DNA of 63,091 bases, filler included, from Sphacelaria rigidula (Eukaryota), in the NCBI GenBank assembly GCA_964200075.2. It is 3 parts of 3 records of this genome, joined end to end, with 100 filler letters (N's around TTAATTAATTAA, not from the genome) between each part and the next. Parts side by side here need not be neighbours in the genome. Positions count along the whole stretch, not along the records: positions 42,171 to 63,091 come from CAXNAA020000479.1; 2 more parts are not named here. One strand, given 5' to 3'. The notes below the pieces were generated by a model. That model searched no databases. It was given only the letters and a program-made list of their open reading frames with translations, and was not told where the DNA came from. Position numbers and translations under genes: made by a program. Positions within the stretch are counted from its first letter, which is position 1. The number at the start of each line of letters is the position of its first letter. This document shows positions 46,809 to 61,100 of the stretch, one piece after another.

Positions 46809-49800
46809 CTAGATTACACAAAACGTTCCGCTTCCTCCTGCCTCCCCCACAGCGGCCGCCTTGTTGCTCTCTTCTCCACCGCATGTGCCACCCCCACCAC
46901 CTCCGGCGCCGGCGGGGGCGGCGATCTTACCACAATTCCAGCTCCCGCCGTTTACCGTATTGACGGGTGCTGGCGGGGTCAAGCACTGGCCTCCCGCCTT
47001 GCTTTCCCCGCTTGCTACGAGCCCTCCGTTACCGTCGCCCGCTCGTTCCTCCTGCCCATCGTCAACAAAACAACCCCCCACGTCCATACTATCGCGACTT
47101 TTCCTCCTCTCTCTGCTGTCCCGGAGATCACGACATGTCGCACCGGCCATCAATTCGTGAGACTTTTCGTCTTGATCTCGTCCACTCGTTACATCTCTCA
47201 AACCGCCGCTACCGACGCTACCGAAGTCAAGCTCAGCGCCGCCGGCAAAGGCGACCGCGGAGTTGCCAGCACCCCCATCACCACTGCTTCTATCGCCCCG
47301 GGCTTCACCACCACCCCACGCCCCGCAGCCGCCACCAATGGCATCGCGAGGAGAGCTAGCGACGACCGAGAGCTCGAAACCGCTGTCTTCTCGTGATCCC
47401 ATCCTCTTCGCCTGAGTCGGAGTTCCGCCCATGTCGAGGAGGCTCTTCGACACGGCGCAATCCGCGACAGCGGAGGCCGCTGGCGAGATACCACCCCGTT
47501 TTATCGCGACAGCGTTTGTGGCCAAGGGTTGAACGGCGAACTGCGGTGTGTCGGATGGGTCACCGCCCCCGCTGCCACCGGTGACGGTGGTGGAGCTGGC
47601 GGCGGCGGCAGCGGGGAGGGCGGCGGCAGCGGTGGCGCCTTCGCTCAGGGCGTCAGCGAGGAGATTCTTGCTGATATCGACCACGCCATTGGAGTAGCCG
47701 CCGTCATCATCGTCACCCCCTACCTGCACGTCGAAGCTGTCTGGGCTCACAGCGACCGTTGCCATCTTTATCTGGTGTAGGGGAACGGAGCAGGAAATGG
47801 GGCGTGTACATGTTGAGAAACAACAGGAAACACGGTAGTTTACAAGATGGGCAATGTTTCGGCCGACACTGGCAGCAAGAGTTTTCATGTCTGCCTTACA
47901 GGTGATGTCTAGGTCACTGCTAACGGGGAACGGTGAGCAAATTTCACACCGCTCGCTGCACAAACGGGTGAGGTCGTGCAGGCAACGGCGACAAAAATTT
48001 CAAGGTCGCCCCGTACTTGGAAATACGCTGAATAGCGGGAAAGACACGACCTGCAACTGCCGTATTCAAGTACCGACACCAAGGAGCATGCGACAAAAGT
48101 TAAAGCACGAAGTGATGTGGCGAGAACAAAATCGAAAGCCAGCACAGTGGTATCAGTGCTCTTAGGAGTCTGCATGAAGCACGATTCCCCAAGATGTGGT
48201 GGAGACATGTACGTACACAGACGAGGCGCACATTATGACACAAACATGGAAGCAGACACCCATCCGCGACAAACAACCAACTTTGCCCCACAATACTCAC
48301 TTCATCATAACCGGGCCCCGTCGTCACAACCGCTCCCGGCCTTCGCCCGCGGCTGGCGGGCCTCGGGGGCGTCCGCGGCGCCTGCACAAGTACCGAAGCG
48401 GCGGAAGGGTCCGGTGCCCGCCGCTTACGGCCACCGGCCGCCCCCTCGAAGTTCTTGCAGTTGGAGCACTTGCAGTTGCTGCCACACGCCACTCCGGCCT
48501 GGAAGCACTCGCAGTACTTCTTCAGGCAGGCGGACTTTTTGCAGTTGCAACCGGCGTTGTGCGCGCGCTTGCCGCCGACGCGCCTCTCGAACTTGCTGAC
48601 GAATGCCGACGGGTTGCGTTCAATTGTGCTCTGAATAGCACCCTGTTTTGTGCACGCATCCCATTTTACGGTGTTGTAAATGGACACGATCAGGTCATCC
48701 ATCCGTGTCGAGTTGAACGGATACAAGACGGGAGTGTGCAGGGCAAGGAATTGAGGTAGGCAGGTAGGTAGGTGAGGAAATATGGCGCGAGATTAAGCGG
48801 CGGGTCGGCACTGGATGAAACATCTGTATCCAAATATGGTTTTGTACGCGATGGGCATGACAAACCACGGTGCACGGAACAACTCGGTGTCGAGCGCGCC
48901 ACCACAGCAGAGGGAAAACTTCATGCACGCGGACACATGGGGAACACTAGTACTGGCAACAGAGCAAGCCCGCTAAAGGAACATACCAAGGTCTTGGACA
49001 TCATTCGGTGGCTCGAGAAACACGCACCGATGCCGAATAGCACCGACCACCACAACATGCTTCCGCTGCATCCTTCCGCAAACACCCATAACAAACTTTA
49101 CACGCAAGCCACCTAGACAGGACGGACGTCCGATATGATGCACATACCTGCCGAATGGCTTCCGTCTGCGAAGTGTTGAGGCAGTCCTTGCAGTTGCAAT
49201 CCTTACAATACAGCTTCCGCTGGAAGCATTCGCAGTACAATTTCAGGCATTTGGATTTCTTGCAGTTACACGTCACCACCTCACCGCCACCACCCTTGCC
49301 TCCAGCGCCGCCGTTTCCCACACCGCCCCCGACCGAAACGGCAATCGTCACAGGAACGGTACCCCCACCATCATCCGGAGTTACCGCGCTGGCTGCAGCC
49401 GCCGGCGACCCATTCCCCCCCCCGGCGCCGCCGTCGCCACCGCCAGGCGCGCATGCCTTCCCGCGTCGCGCCGAGGTCGGCTCGGGACTGTGATAACAAG
49501 ACGAAGACGACGACAATCCTGCGGGCTTGGCCTTGGGCGGCGAGTTGGTCACCGCAGCGCCCCGTCCGGGCGACTGAGACAGTGTTGCGCATGAAGCGCC
49601 GTTGTTTTCGTGAGACCACGACCCGTCGGTGGAGCTCGCCAACGTAGCCTTCGACGGCGTCGACTTGGAGGGGGTGGATTTGGACGGCGTACCGCCGAGA
49701 GGAACCCCGCGAGGTGCGGGGCTGGGAGTCACCGACGATACCGTCTCCTTCGTGGCCGACGATGACGCCGTACCTCCGCGCCGAGATCTGTCCGCCCTCT

Positions 49801-52609
49801 GCGACCGCGCCGACGGGCGGGGCGCGGGGTTTGGGACGGCGGCAGAGGAGCCTGCTTCGCCGCCCCTTCCCCGCGAGGTCGACGGTTTAGCAGCCGGCGA
49901 CAACGATGCGGGACGTCTCGACATGGATATTCCGGCTCCCTCCGGAGACAGCACCCCGTTTGGCGGTGAGAGGGGCTCGCCCACTATGCTCTGCCCTCGA
50001 TTGCTCACGCGGCAATTGCCGCGGTCGGGGTCGACGGCAATTCGGTTCTTGACAGCAAGGCTGCACCTTCTCTTAGGGTCATCGCCGCCGCCACCGACTG
50101 TAGCGCTTGGCGCACTTCTTTCGCCCCCTACCGCAGACGACACGGACCCAGTGCGGATGAGTGTCATGCCCTCGATTTTAAAGGAGCCCTTACAGTGAGA
50201 GTTTCGTAGAGAAACAGCTGGGCGCGTCCATCGCCTGTAGCGCTTGGATGGGGCAGAGAGAAGCGGGGGTCGGTAATCACCGCCAGCGCCGCCCTGCTCC
50301 ACCTCGCCACCGGCTTCGCTCCAGTCGTCACTCCACCCCCTGCTGTGGTCGACCCGACTGTGACTACCGCCAGCGCCGCCGTCACCATCGCTCTGCTTCC
50401 TGCTGCACTCGTCGAAACCCTCATCCAGTCCGTTGAACAACGAATGGGCAATACCCCCGGCACCGGTGCCAAACAACGATGAACCCCCCGGACTACGTAG
50501 GCCCATGAGAATGTCAGCGGCTCCATCCCCTCTCCCAGCCGCAGCGTCCGCCTCCATGACCGCTCCTATGCCCTCACGTGATCCGCGAGAAGGCGGGGTC
50601 GGGGGCAGCAACTGCGGGGTCGGGGGCAACACAGACGCGCCGTCAACACCAGGCACGCGGTCTGGGGTGGCGGGGATGTCGTTCGCTACGCTCAAGTCGT
50701 GGTGCACGGCGCTGGCTGTGTCACCCCTAGATATGGAGCGACCGGGCGTGCCGAGGCACCACGTCTGTCCCAACCTCGAGTGGTCCTGCGGTCCTCGCCT
50801 GTCCGTGAACAATACCTTGCCTTTCCTCTTCACGCAACTTCCGGGGGTGTCAGTAACGCTATCATTGTCGACTCGGCCGCCAGCACCGCCTTGGTTGCCG
50901 CCAGCAACTGAGCTGCTGGTACCGTCATCGCAGCTCCTGCCGACGCTTCCTCCTCGCGTCTCCCTCGGACACCTATCGGGAGTGCTGGGCGTCGCCTGCT
51001 GCCGCCAAAGACTATCCCGAACGGAGTGGGCCGGAACAGGAGTATCACCAGTGGGAATATCCAGCGTGCCGCCGGCAGCAGGGGGGCTAAAGAGGAAGCC
51101 TGGGGAGAAGTTGAAGGTCTGAAACGGGGATTGGAACGGGGATTGCAGATGTTGGGGTATCTCGCCGGGTGTTCGCAACTTGCGAAGCGAGGAGATGGGC
51201 GTCATCTCGGCTCCATAAGCACCAGATGAGGCGGCAAAACGCGCGCCTGTGCCCGGAGTGGTCACCAAGCAGTTGTCGCCGCCGCGTGGTGACTTGACTG
51301 GTGTCGCCAACTGCATCAGGGACTCGACCGCATCTATTCCGGTTTGGAATCAAGAGACAATACATATTTCGGCGAGCAAGCACAGAGGTGGATCAAACCT
51401 GGTGTTTTTTTACCCCTGTGTGCTGACGGAACGGCAGTTCTCTGCCGGATCGGAGACTTCATACAATAGTATAACCGGAGAAATTCAAGTGCCGGTTACA
51501 TCTCTCTCTGGTAGGGTGACGTTTTGCACATCTGTCAATTTTGCGCGGTCTGTACTGAACTGGAATCTGGGGTGCAGGAGACATCATATACACCTTACGA
51601 AAGAGAGGCAAAGGTCTGGTCCTTTCCGCAAGTGTTCCCGAAAAACAAATCGCGAGCACTGGTTCGCGCGTTCTTGTGCATCGGGTATTCAAAAGAAGGT
51701 ACGCCATTCGAACCACTATTTTCGCGTCTCGCCTTGGCTTGAGCCCGGACATGCAAGAGAGGTGCGGAGGGAGGGAGGGGGGCGCATTGAAGTGGAACGT
51801 AGACGGGTCAACACCGCAAAAATCAAGAGGATAGCCATGATTGAAACCATGGGTCACATGAACCGCAGAAGCAAATGATACAGCAAGAAAACAACAACCG
51901 TCAGCGAGTGCATTATATGATCAACAGGACCTCAAATATTTGACGAAACAGACGCCCGTATCGTTTGAGGTTGCGAGAATGCAAGCAGGTACAGACGAGA
52001 GTACGAGAAAAGGAACAACGAACTGAGGATCACATGTGGGACGCACAAACGAGAACTGAAGTACGGGTTTGTAATAGAGTGCATGGGCAGAAGAACTGAG
52101 GATGAGACAGGGATTCGAAAACGACTCGAAAGACCACCTCATCATCATCATTGCACACACAGCTCCGAAACATGAAGAAAAAAAGACTTCTGTAAAAATC
52201 TCTAATAAAGTTTGGGGGCAACATAAATGTTGTATGCGTCCATCATGTACCTCTTTTGTAAAACTCTTATATGAAGCGTACTAGAATGATTAATGTTTTT
52301 TTTTGTATGTTCTATACACTCGAGACTGACTTCACACAAAAGCGCGCGAACGAAAGAGGACGACGCATCCCAAGAAAAACACAGACGCTCTCTGACAATT
52401 ACACGCAACAGAGAAAGAGATTGACGAATGAAACCTAGACATGACACAACAATCAAGCATGCATGCAGATAGTCACCTTCCTCTTTCCCCGTAGACATCC
52501 TCCTAATACCGTGGTTACTACTAGCTCGAACAGGTGACCGAGGTGGAGGTGTCCCAGGTGGCTCCTGATGCTCCTGCATTTGCTGTAGCTCCGATGCTTC
52601 GGGCAACAT
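46809..52609 (-). CDS. Tesmin/TSO1/LIN54-like CXC (CRC) domain protein, likely DREAM/MuvB DNA-binding subunit (~1200 aa)
   Basis: Exons 52609-52477, 51333-49148, 48642-48301 and 47771-46809, GT-AG and phase-compatible. CXC1 [16 protein letters not shown]...[11 protein letters not shown], hinge ERNPSAF, CXC2 [17 protein letters not shown]...CKCSNCKN. The 3' end is uncertain because of an alternative GTAAG donor at 46930. Confidence 0.9.
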
Positions 52610-54767
52610 CAGTATTTTGCCCTCAAGAAACTACCGGAAAAAAGACCGAACTCCGGCTGCTGCCCGCCCCGCTCTCCTGCATGGGAAGTGGTGAACAGAG
52701 AGGGGGTTGCACAAGGGCCATCTCAACACAACCTCCTTGGGGATGAGCATTACACCGTCGACTACATCCGTTAGCTCTCGACCTCGCTCCGGTCACAACA
52801 GACAACAAGGTCGAACGAACGGCGTGTAGAGCCTAAAATTATGGCGCGAAGAGTGCAAGGACCCGATCGAGACGCAAAAAAAAAACAGAATTAGCAAGCA
52901 CTACAGCCGGTTGTGCTAAATGCGTTTGGGATTCATCTGCCATCAAATCCACACAACACAACACACACGACGACCACTGTACACAACTAGTGAAGGAGTA
53001 TATGACTGGAGATGAGGGAGGGGGTGAGGCGGTTGAGTGATGGAAGGCCGGGAAGACGAGGCAAGAAACACAAAAGGTGAACCCTTGTCTCTCGGTAAAT
53101 CGACGCTCCCCAGAAAACCTGAGATTTGGCAGTAGCGTCACCGTCCTGTTGTACTGAACGCTGAGAAATAAATATGGAAGCCAGTCAGACAGGACGATCG
53201 CAATGCCGGCGGATGCTTGAATGCACTCACCGTATACGAGTCGTGCTCGCTGAGCCGGGTGGCGGCTTGAAGGTGGCAAAGCTCCGTCAAGGATTGCTTG
53301 TTTGTACTCCCAAAGTCGATGCTACGCGGGTTTTGTGTGTCCTCTACGGGAGGGACAGGAAGTGCACTCTCCACTCTTTTCAAAAATTATCCAATATTTT
53401 TTTTTCTTTTTTTTTCTTTTTTCAAACACGAGGGAGCTGTCACCTTTTTTCAAAAATCTATGAACATCTAGGTTTTAGTGAAGATGTCGAGAGAGCATTT
53501 CATTTTTGTGTACAGTCAAGATGTTACCGAAGGAACATAAGTAGTTCGTTCACCCGTGGATCGGATCGGGCGACCACATGCTGCATATATCTCTCAGAGG
53601 TGATGCAGCAAGACATCGTACTCGCAGCGATAGCCTCGTAGTCATGTTGCAAGCAGCACATTTCCGAAAGTTGGTGGCTGCGTGTCTACTTCATGCTGCT
53701 TCATGGAACGACCTCTTCGGGGATCGCTTGGCTTGCGGTTCGGCTATGACGTGATGGCGGGTTCAGAGTTGAATTTTCAATTTTCAACTTCGGGAAAACG
53801 GTGTAGTCTCAAAGTCGATGATTTGCTGTGTCCGCTGCTGACTACGAACGACGTCCTGTACAAGTTGTCCTAGATTGTTTTTGAAAATGCTGGAAAGCCA
53901 TTATCGCATGTTGATATGGGATGGGGGATGGCCAACGCGCGTGGTCTGCGGGGGGTGGGGGGTAGGTTTGTGTGCATTACGCTCTTGTATACTACAACAG
54001 TACACCCTGGCAGTACGCCATCGATCAACCATTGAGAGCACCTCCGCGTTCAATTTGTAATGTACATCGGGGGTCCCAACACAGTCAGACAGTGCGATCC
54101 TCTGAAGTGCAGGGTCTCGCAACACAACAGTCACAACAGTGTCGATATTCGTAAAGTGGAATCAAAATCACAGCAAGAAACAGGTCCACTGTATTAATAT
54201 CAAGTAAATATTGAAATATATGTACCAGTTAGCGGTCAGTATGGTGCAGTGTTCCATCGTGGTGCGGCCACACATCAGCTATACTCATAGCACGTCGTTC
54301 AAAAAGTGCCCGCAGATAGTCTGGCGGTATTTCCCGTGGAAACGACCATAGTGTGACAATTACTGGATTCGTAGTGCATCGGCTCATAAACTGTTCCGGA
54401 TAGACTTTTACTTTTTTATTTATTTTTTACAAATTTATGCGTCTTGCATGCTTGTTTGAAAGGGGTCATTCTGAAGCGGAAACCCCGCCGAGGCGTTACA
54501 AATACGTACTTGATTTTAGTGCGGAAGGCCGAAAACAAGGACGCAGAAATCTACGCGAATTATGCGAAAGCATGAAAAACAAAAGCCCACCAGTAATACG
54601 GTATATGCCGTGCTTCACAGCACAAGCTACGGCAGCGAGCTTTTGTGTCACTTGTGGTTGTGAAACAATAAATATGACGGATGTACAGTTGGCGAAATAC
54701 GATTGTATCCTTGTGTGCAGGACAGTCTTTCATGAACACTACAGTAGTATGAGAGATACTACCTGTA

Positions 54768-55170
54768 GAGCTCGGAAATGGTACTAGTTTTAACTGGCCA
54801 TTATCATTATAATCGTAATAATGGTGATGATTTTATGAAAACTTTGGATGATGGTATCAAACCATTAGTTACCGTTACCGGCTTTATAAGCCGTTATAGG
54901 CTACGTATGCTACATATACAGCCCTTGAAAATTGGCCCATAACGAACGTATTGTTTAGCTCTCGTGAAGCTTAACCGTGTAACAAAGTTCCTCCCGCACG
55001 GCGGGGCCCTCCGGAGGCGCCTCCGGCGGGCCCCCCTCTACCGGGGGCCTTTCTGGTTGGCGGCTGCGCCGCTCGATGACCAAACCATTATGTACGATTT
55101 AACTGGTTAATGAGTGCGCTACGCGTAACCATTCAACTGGTTAATGGTCAGACAAACCATTTCCGAGCTC
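54768..55170. mobile_element. MITE, copy 1 (403 bp)
   Basis: Perfect 15-bp TIR GAGCTCGGAAATGGT / ACCATTTCCGAGCTC, flanked by TA on both sides, with a GC-rich internal quasi-palindrome. Confidence 0.8.
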
Positions 55171-56629
55171 TAAGATATACAGGTAACAGTGGTGACTGTC
55201 TGTGACGCACCTTTGTTGATTTGCCTGAGAAATACATATACTCGCGTATGTCATTAAATTCGTGTCCCAAACGAGCTGCCGTTCATCACCAACTGTTATA
55301 TCATCAACAGCATTATACCCTCGACTGTAAACCGCCAGGGTAGGTCACCACGCTCTGAATCGGCATCCACTTGCGTTGAAAAATTAGTAGAGGATCCACA
55401 CGCCCAAAAAGAATATGAATCCTAATGCACTCGAAACAACTCTTCACGACCACACACGTGAAAAACGTGAATGACCGGCCGATTGTCAGCGATACTCCAC
55501 TATTACTCGATCAACAACCAGGCGTTAACAACACTATCGTGAGGATCTCACAACAGTGCGGGGTGCCATAACAGGGCAGTTGGCAACCCACCGCATTGCA
55601 GGATCATATGGTGGGATAGCCCCATGCTGTGTGTACTGTGCTGCACTGTGCGATGACTGCACGGTACAGACAATATACAGTCAGTACGGATAGTACCATG
55701 TGGTAGGTCGTTTGAGAAATTTGAGGGATACCTACCTATCGTACCTTCGAGGAATCATCTATTTTGTAGTGCAAAGGAGGGGGTGTTGGGTGCATCGCAT
55801 GATGGACAGCAGCATTATAAGTAGCAGCGTTGGTACAGCACGTGATGCACTTCGCGATCCATTGGAACGTGTCATCATCTACCGCCCCAAAATTCACGGC
55901 CGAAAGAACTGAAATATAAAAATATCTTTTGTGTTGAGCTGCTCACATACAGGCGAACCCTGAGCGGTGAAGACGTTGTCCACTTGTGTAGATTAGTGGA
56001 CAACATCAACAGAGGTTTCTGCCGGGGTTTTCGTCATTCTCGGAGATCCCAGGGGGCTGAGAGGGAGAGGAGGAGGGGGGGGGGAGCCTGAAGGAGGTGA
56101 TGCGCTTGTCGCAACCGTCGTGCGGGTTGCCACTGAGTGCTGGCTGTAATGTCCATTGATTTTCTGTACAGTACATACGATAGACAGTGCATGCATGCAC
56201 TGCGTTGACGTCTACATGCACTGCTGCCTATTTTATATTACGCTCACAGCAATCATGCATCACAGAAAATTACGATCGACGGAATTCCATTTTACTGACA
56301 CAGATTTCTTGCTCGTCCGTCACCCAGAGGTCCGAAATGGGTCGACCCTCCCCCCTCCCCCCCTTAGGAACGGTGCTCCGACTCGAGAGGGATGCGTGGT
56401 CAATGGTCAAACGACTGGGGCAAGCAACAAATGAGTACGCCCCCCCTCCCCGACTCGCAAGAACTATCTGCGCTCGATGCTTCTCTTAGTACCGGGCAAA
56501 CAATGAACAGTCGACGCTTAAGAGATGGCTCAAGTTCGACACGAAAACAGGCAAGCCGACGATGATGAGCAAAAAATGGCAAAGCCAAGCACAGCACATA
56601 CGGTATACATAGTGCACGTTTTACTCTAA

Positions 56630-58104
56630 TCATTTTCGTGATCTCATCGGATCAAACCCAATTTCTACACGATTCGCTTCCTCCTCCTTGCGCTCTCCTC
56701 GAGCTTGGGCCACGCGTTCCCGCAGCCGCTCCTGTCCCTGCTCCTTGACGTACGATTGTGCATATCGATTGGCATAAAAACTGCCGTATCCTAATCCGGC
56801 CATAGCAACCCCAGAAACCACAGCCTTGAACCGTCCCCCTGTCAAAACACGCACGACAAGCGACCGCACGGTCCGTGAGGCCAGCAGCAGGTGTTGAGGG
56901 CAAAAATGGCAAGAGCGCTACATGGAAGTGACGAAAATATATATATATATATATATATATTGAACGCAACACAAAGAGTGTTAAAAGACACGGTCAAACG
57001 CCTTCGATGAAATACGAAACGAACTGACGGTTCTACATGGCAGGGTAGGGTTTGTCGCCGACGTGACTAGCAATGAATTCTCACCTCTGCGCTTCGATAG
57101 GCCCCGTGGACTCACAACATATCTCTAGTGATTCTCTGGTTTTGGCATGAACGTATCAAACTTTTGCGGCACACCGCACACATGCGTCACTGTTCCTTGA
57201 CTCTCACCAATGGGAACGGTCATCAGCAAACCTGTCAGACCCCCTGCGCCCGCGCATCCCCAAGCATCGGATTTCCCCCCTCGGGCCTTGCAAATCAACG
57301 CTTCGCTACCTGAAAAAGGGGGCGAAGTGGCCGACGGACGGGGACACAAGAAAAATCGAGGGGGGTATTCAGCGCCGCTTTCACCCTGCCTACGACATGC
57401 GCAGTGGCTGTTCGTTGCGCATGACACCATCAATGCATGCATGCGCACGGACAATGTCACAGCCGGGTATGGAGAGCAAGCAGACAGGCATCAAGCGTTG
57501 AAAGGCAAAATCGACCGACATTTTGACTCCGCGATTGATCTTCAAGGGACATCGTGTGAAACGTTCACTTGACTATAACCTCATAACCTACTGCTGCGCT
57601 TGCCAACGATGAGCTCGGGTCTTGACCCTTTCGGAACTCGCGAAAAACAGGACAAAGTCCCATGTGCGAGCTTTCGTCACCGGAAAAAACGTCACTTCGA
57701 GTTCGGTGCACGAATCCATCACATGAGTATACTTGATCTTAGAGTGGTGCACCGTTTTGTTGGGCTGCATCGTCAACACTTGCAGAAAAACAACCACATC
57801 TTGCCCAAGAAAACGTCAATCATAAATCATCATTTCCCCATCAACGGTTCCAAAAGGGATCAGTAGAACGTATCCCACATCCGAAACTCGGGGAGTGCCA
57901 CCATGAAATGAGGGCTGTCCCGAAAGAGACATCACGCTTACGCACGACGGATGAGACGACGCACTCCGCTCACGACTTCGAACCGCTCACCGAAAAATGC
58001 CATTGAGGCGACTCCGAAGTTCGCCGCCATACTGAAAGCGTAAAAGGGCACGGGCTGACCTCGATACGTTGCCAGCACTGTACCGCCCAACGCGCCGGCC
58101 GAAG
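56630..58104 (-). CDS. Tim17/Tim22/Tim23/PMP24-family membrane protein (possibly NDUFA11-like); start exon unresolved
   Basis: Exons 58104-57991 (SAGALGGTVLATYRG...NFGVASMAFF), 57309-57208 (GSEALICKARGGKSDAWGCAGAGGLTGLLM) and 56838-56630 (…VSGVAMAGLGYG...stop), all phase 1 and GT-AG. Gly-rich TM helices and an R-G-x-x-x-D-x-W...GGLTG motif. Confidence 0.75.
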
Positions 58105-61100
58105 CTGGGTTTGTCCCGTGTGTGTTTGGCATGGGAGGCATGTTTTGTGGAGGCGGCAGTCGGAAAGCGTGAACAACGCAGGAGCTGGTGGGCCAAAATT
58201 TTGACGAGTGAAACGAAGGGGAGCGTCATCCTAAGATAGCGCACATCAACACGAGCAAAGCAGTCGCCGAGAAAGAAGCCATTTCGAACTTTTCCTACTG
58301 CAACGCACACTCCCTGAAAACTGTCACCCTTGCCACAAACAGCTGTAACTAGCAGCGCAGAAGTCGTCACGAATGGCACCGCTTCAAATTCAACAGTCGT
58401 ACCAAAGGGACGACAGGCAGTCCCTGACGCTCTGCACTGTGGGTAAGACGATGTGTGTTATCTTGGCGAAAGGCATCGACAAACATACTGATTCCCGTTT
58501 TCGGTTGTACTATGATGTCAAGAAGAAAAGGCGCGCCCGGCACAATTTCAGCCTTGAAAGTCCTGACCTGAGCCAAGCTTTGAAGTGTATGGATCATCAC
58601 GACTTCACCGAGTCAAGTCTAGGCCCCATATCATCTAAGGTCGAGCGCGTGGAACCCCAGTTGGAAGATATGAGTAGATTTCTATCGGGTGAAGCAGCTG
58701 TCTCAACCTGCGCAATGGTTATGGGTCACTTTCCCCGGAACCGCCCCCTGCTATCCCATATAGCTCCCCTATATTCGCATTAACCGTTTTAGCGCTCGCG
58801 GCCTGCAGTGAGACCTGACAGGCCCGTGGAGGATGGCGATATTGCAGAAGAGGAAGACCTCCTAGGACGTCTGGGCTCTGAAGCAGAATTCACGTATTTT
58901 ATTTCTGACCAGTAGCATCCGATTATGGTAACATGGTTGAGAGGACAGGTTGAGGTTTTGCAGGGCGCTGTGGGAAGGACAAGCTCGCCACCGAGATCCT
59001 ATGCGTGCTACTTGCGTGTATGTCAACGCGTGTGCGTGCTCGTCGTGCTCAATTGGCTGTTGCAGGGGACAAGGGGAAAGTTTCTCCGAACCTCCGGCCC
59101 AGATCGAACATCAGCGAACTACACATCCCTTCCAGTACACCCCACACCAAATGAGCCACGCTCTTCGGCTATTCAGCGATAAACAAACGGCTCAGTTGTT
59201 GCGTGTGTTGACCACAGGTATGCTGGCGAGATCACCGCTACTGTACTGTCTGTACTGTCTAAAATCATAACACGGCAGTGCAGCTCGCTATACCCGAATA
59301 AATACGGACTACTGTGTTGTACTGTTGAGGGAAACGCAGTCCGAATGCAGCAGTGTGTATTGACAACATGCATGCACAGAATGGTGACATAATGAATGCT
59401 CCTGTGCTATGGTGTAAAAAAATGTGATATGACGGTGCCAATGGCCCTGTCGTGTGCTGCGATGTTTGTGAGGCGCGCATGTGCGTGACGACAGCGTTTC
59501 GACGTAGGCGTTGTGTTTTCCACAGAAAACAGTCATTCTGAACCTCGGGCTGAAATCCCCCCCCCGCAGTTGTAGGACGGTGGGCGCTACAGCGGTTAAC
59601 GTCGGGGGCACGAGACCTCGCACGTTGACCCGGCACAATCCCCGAACAACAGAGGCCGGGATTTGTTTCGCCATAATGCCCACCACCAAATAGTATTTGT
59701 GAGAAATATACGTTTTACTGGAAGGGATATTTTTTTCTCTCTCTCGGCCTCTCTGGCCCATTCATCTTTTTGTTCTTCTGCCCTTTTTTCTGTTCCGTTA
59801 CGTTGATTTGTGATTGATATTCAATGCCCTACAACAGTGATTTCCTCCTTTTTTGCTGCTCCTGACCACGGGCTGGATTGTTGGAATCAGCTGATGTGAG
59901 ATAATCGATCAATCAATCAATCAAGTGATGGTGTCTCGTTGGAGCTCGTGATGGATAGTTCCTGCCCAAGTAGTGTGCGCCCCCGATTGCTTGGTCATAA
60001 CCTACTTTCACGGCCTTGTTCGTTTGGCTTAGTTTGTGTTTGTACGGCCCCTTCACCGTAAGTCATGCGGCAAGGGCCCGCCGTTTTATTTTCTTTGCTG
60101 TTCGTTATCTGCTTCCTCTTCCGTCTCCCCACTCTCTCTGAACTATAAAGCAGCTGTTAAAAATTGTGCGTGTACCGGCACCAGCCCGCACGTTGTACTG
60201 TACAGGCTCTTGACTGCGCTCCATTACAATCTACTCAAGAGGCGGTGCCGTTACGCACAGGCCTGTGGCTCAACGGGCACCCGGTGGTTATATGGACCGC
60301 ATCCTGGGCAAATTTTACATGGACACGAGTTCATATAACTTTGTGAGTTCCCTTGGTTGTAGCGTGAAATGTCCTTGATTTCAAGATGACTTCGATGTCG
60401 CCCAAGCTCTCCTCTTCGTTCTCCCTTCCATTGTTTCGCGGGGCCGGCAGCCGACACTACTGTTCCGAAAAGACGTATCGCGCTGAAGGGGTTACTCCTA
60501 AGCTTTACTGGTTGGTAAGCTTTCTGCAGGGCTCGCGAAGGCGAACAATCACTCTACAAACGTTGGTGAACAAACCTGGCTTGATCAGCAGTGTATTCCG
60601 TCAAGATATTAACCCTACAGCTACGATTTAGGTCAGCCTCAAACCTCATGCGCCCTTGGTACATTGCATGAGCAAGGAGCGCTCTCCAAGCAGCGACCTC
60701 GGGTTCGCGAGTAAACTGTCTCAACTGCGCTGCAATGTACCGCTCTACACGGCACCAATGAACCACCGGGCTGCTGCTCTGATATTTAGAAGGGCACGCT
60801 ACTTCCGCCTATGCAGCTAAAAAAAGACAACAGTGGGTGCTGTACACTCCAGTACATACTTAGGTTTGACATCGGCACAGAAACTACAGACACACCATGT
60901 TGCGCAGCGTGCACCGTACGCTGGATAACACCCCGACTTGCGCGGAGGGTGTCACGTTCGTGGACTTTGTCAACCAACAGTACAGCTGTGAAGCACACCA
61001 TGGTGAGAGTACAGGCATAATACAAGGGTTGGGCGTTGCACCTACAGGTGTTACGGCGCAGGTGCCATACACTATGTTTTGAGATATCCCTACGGAGTCA

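Noticed and set aside
49155..51229. Several long plus-strand ORFs (e.g. 49629-50198, 50433-51122)
   Set aside because: Antisense shadows of the GC-rich CXC exon with no independent features.
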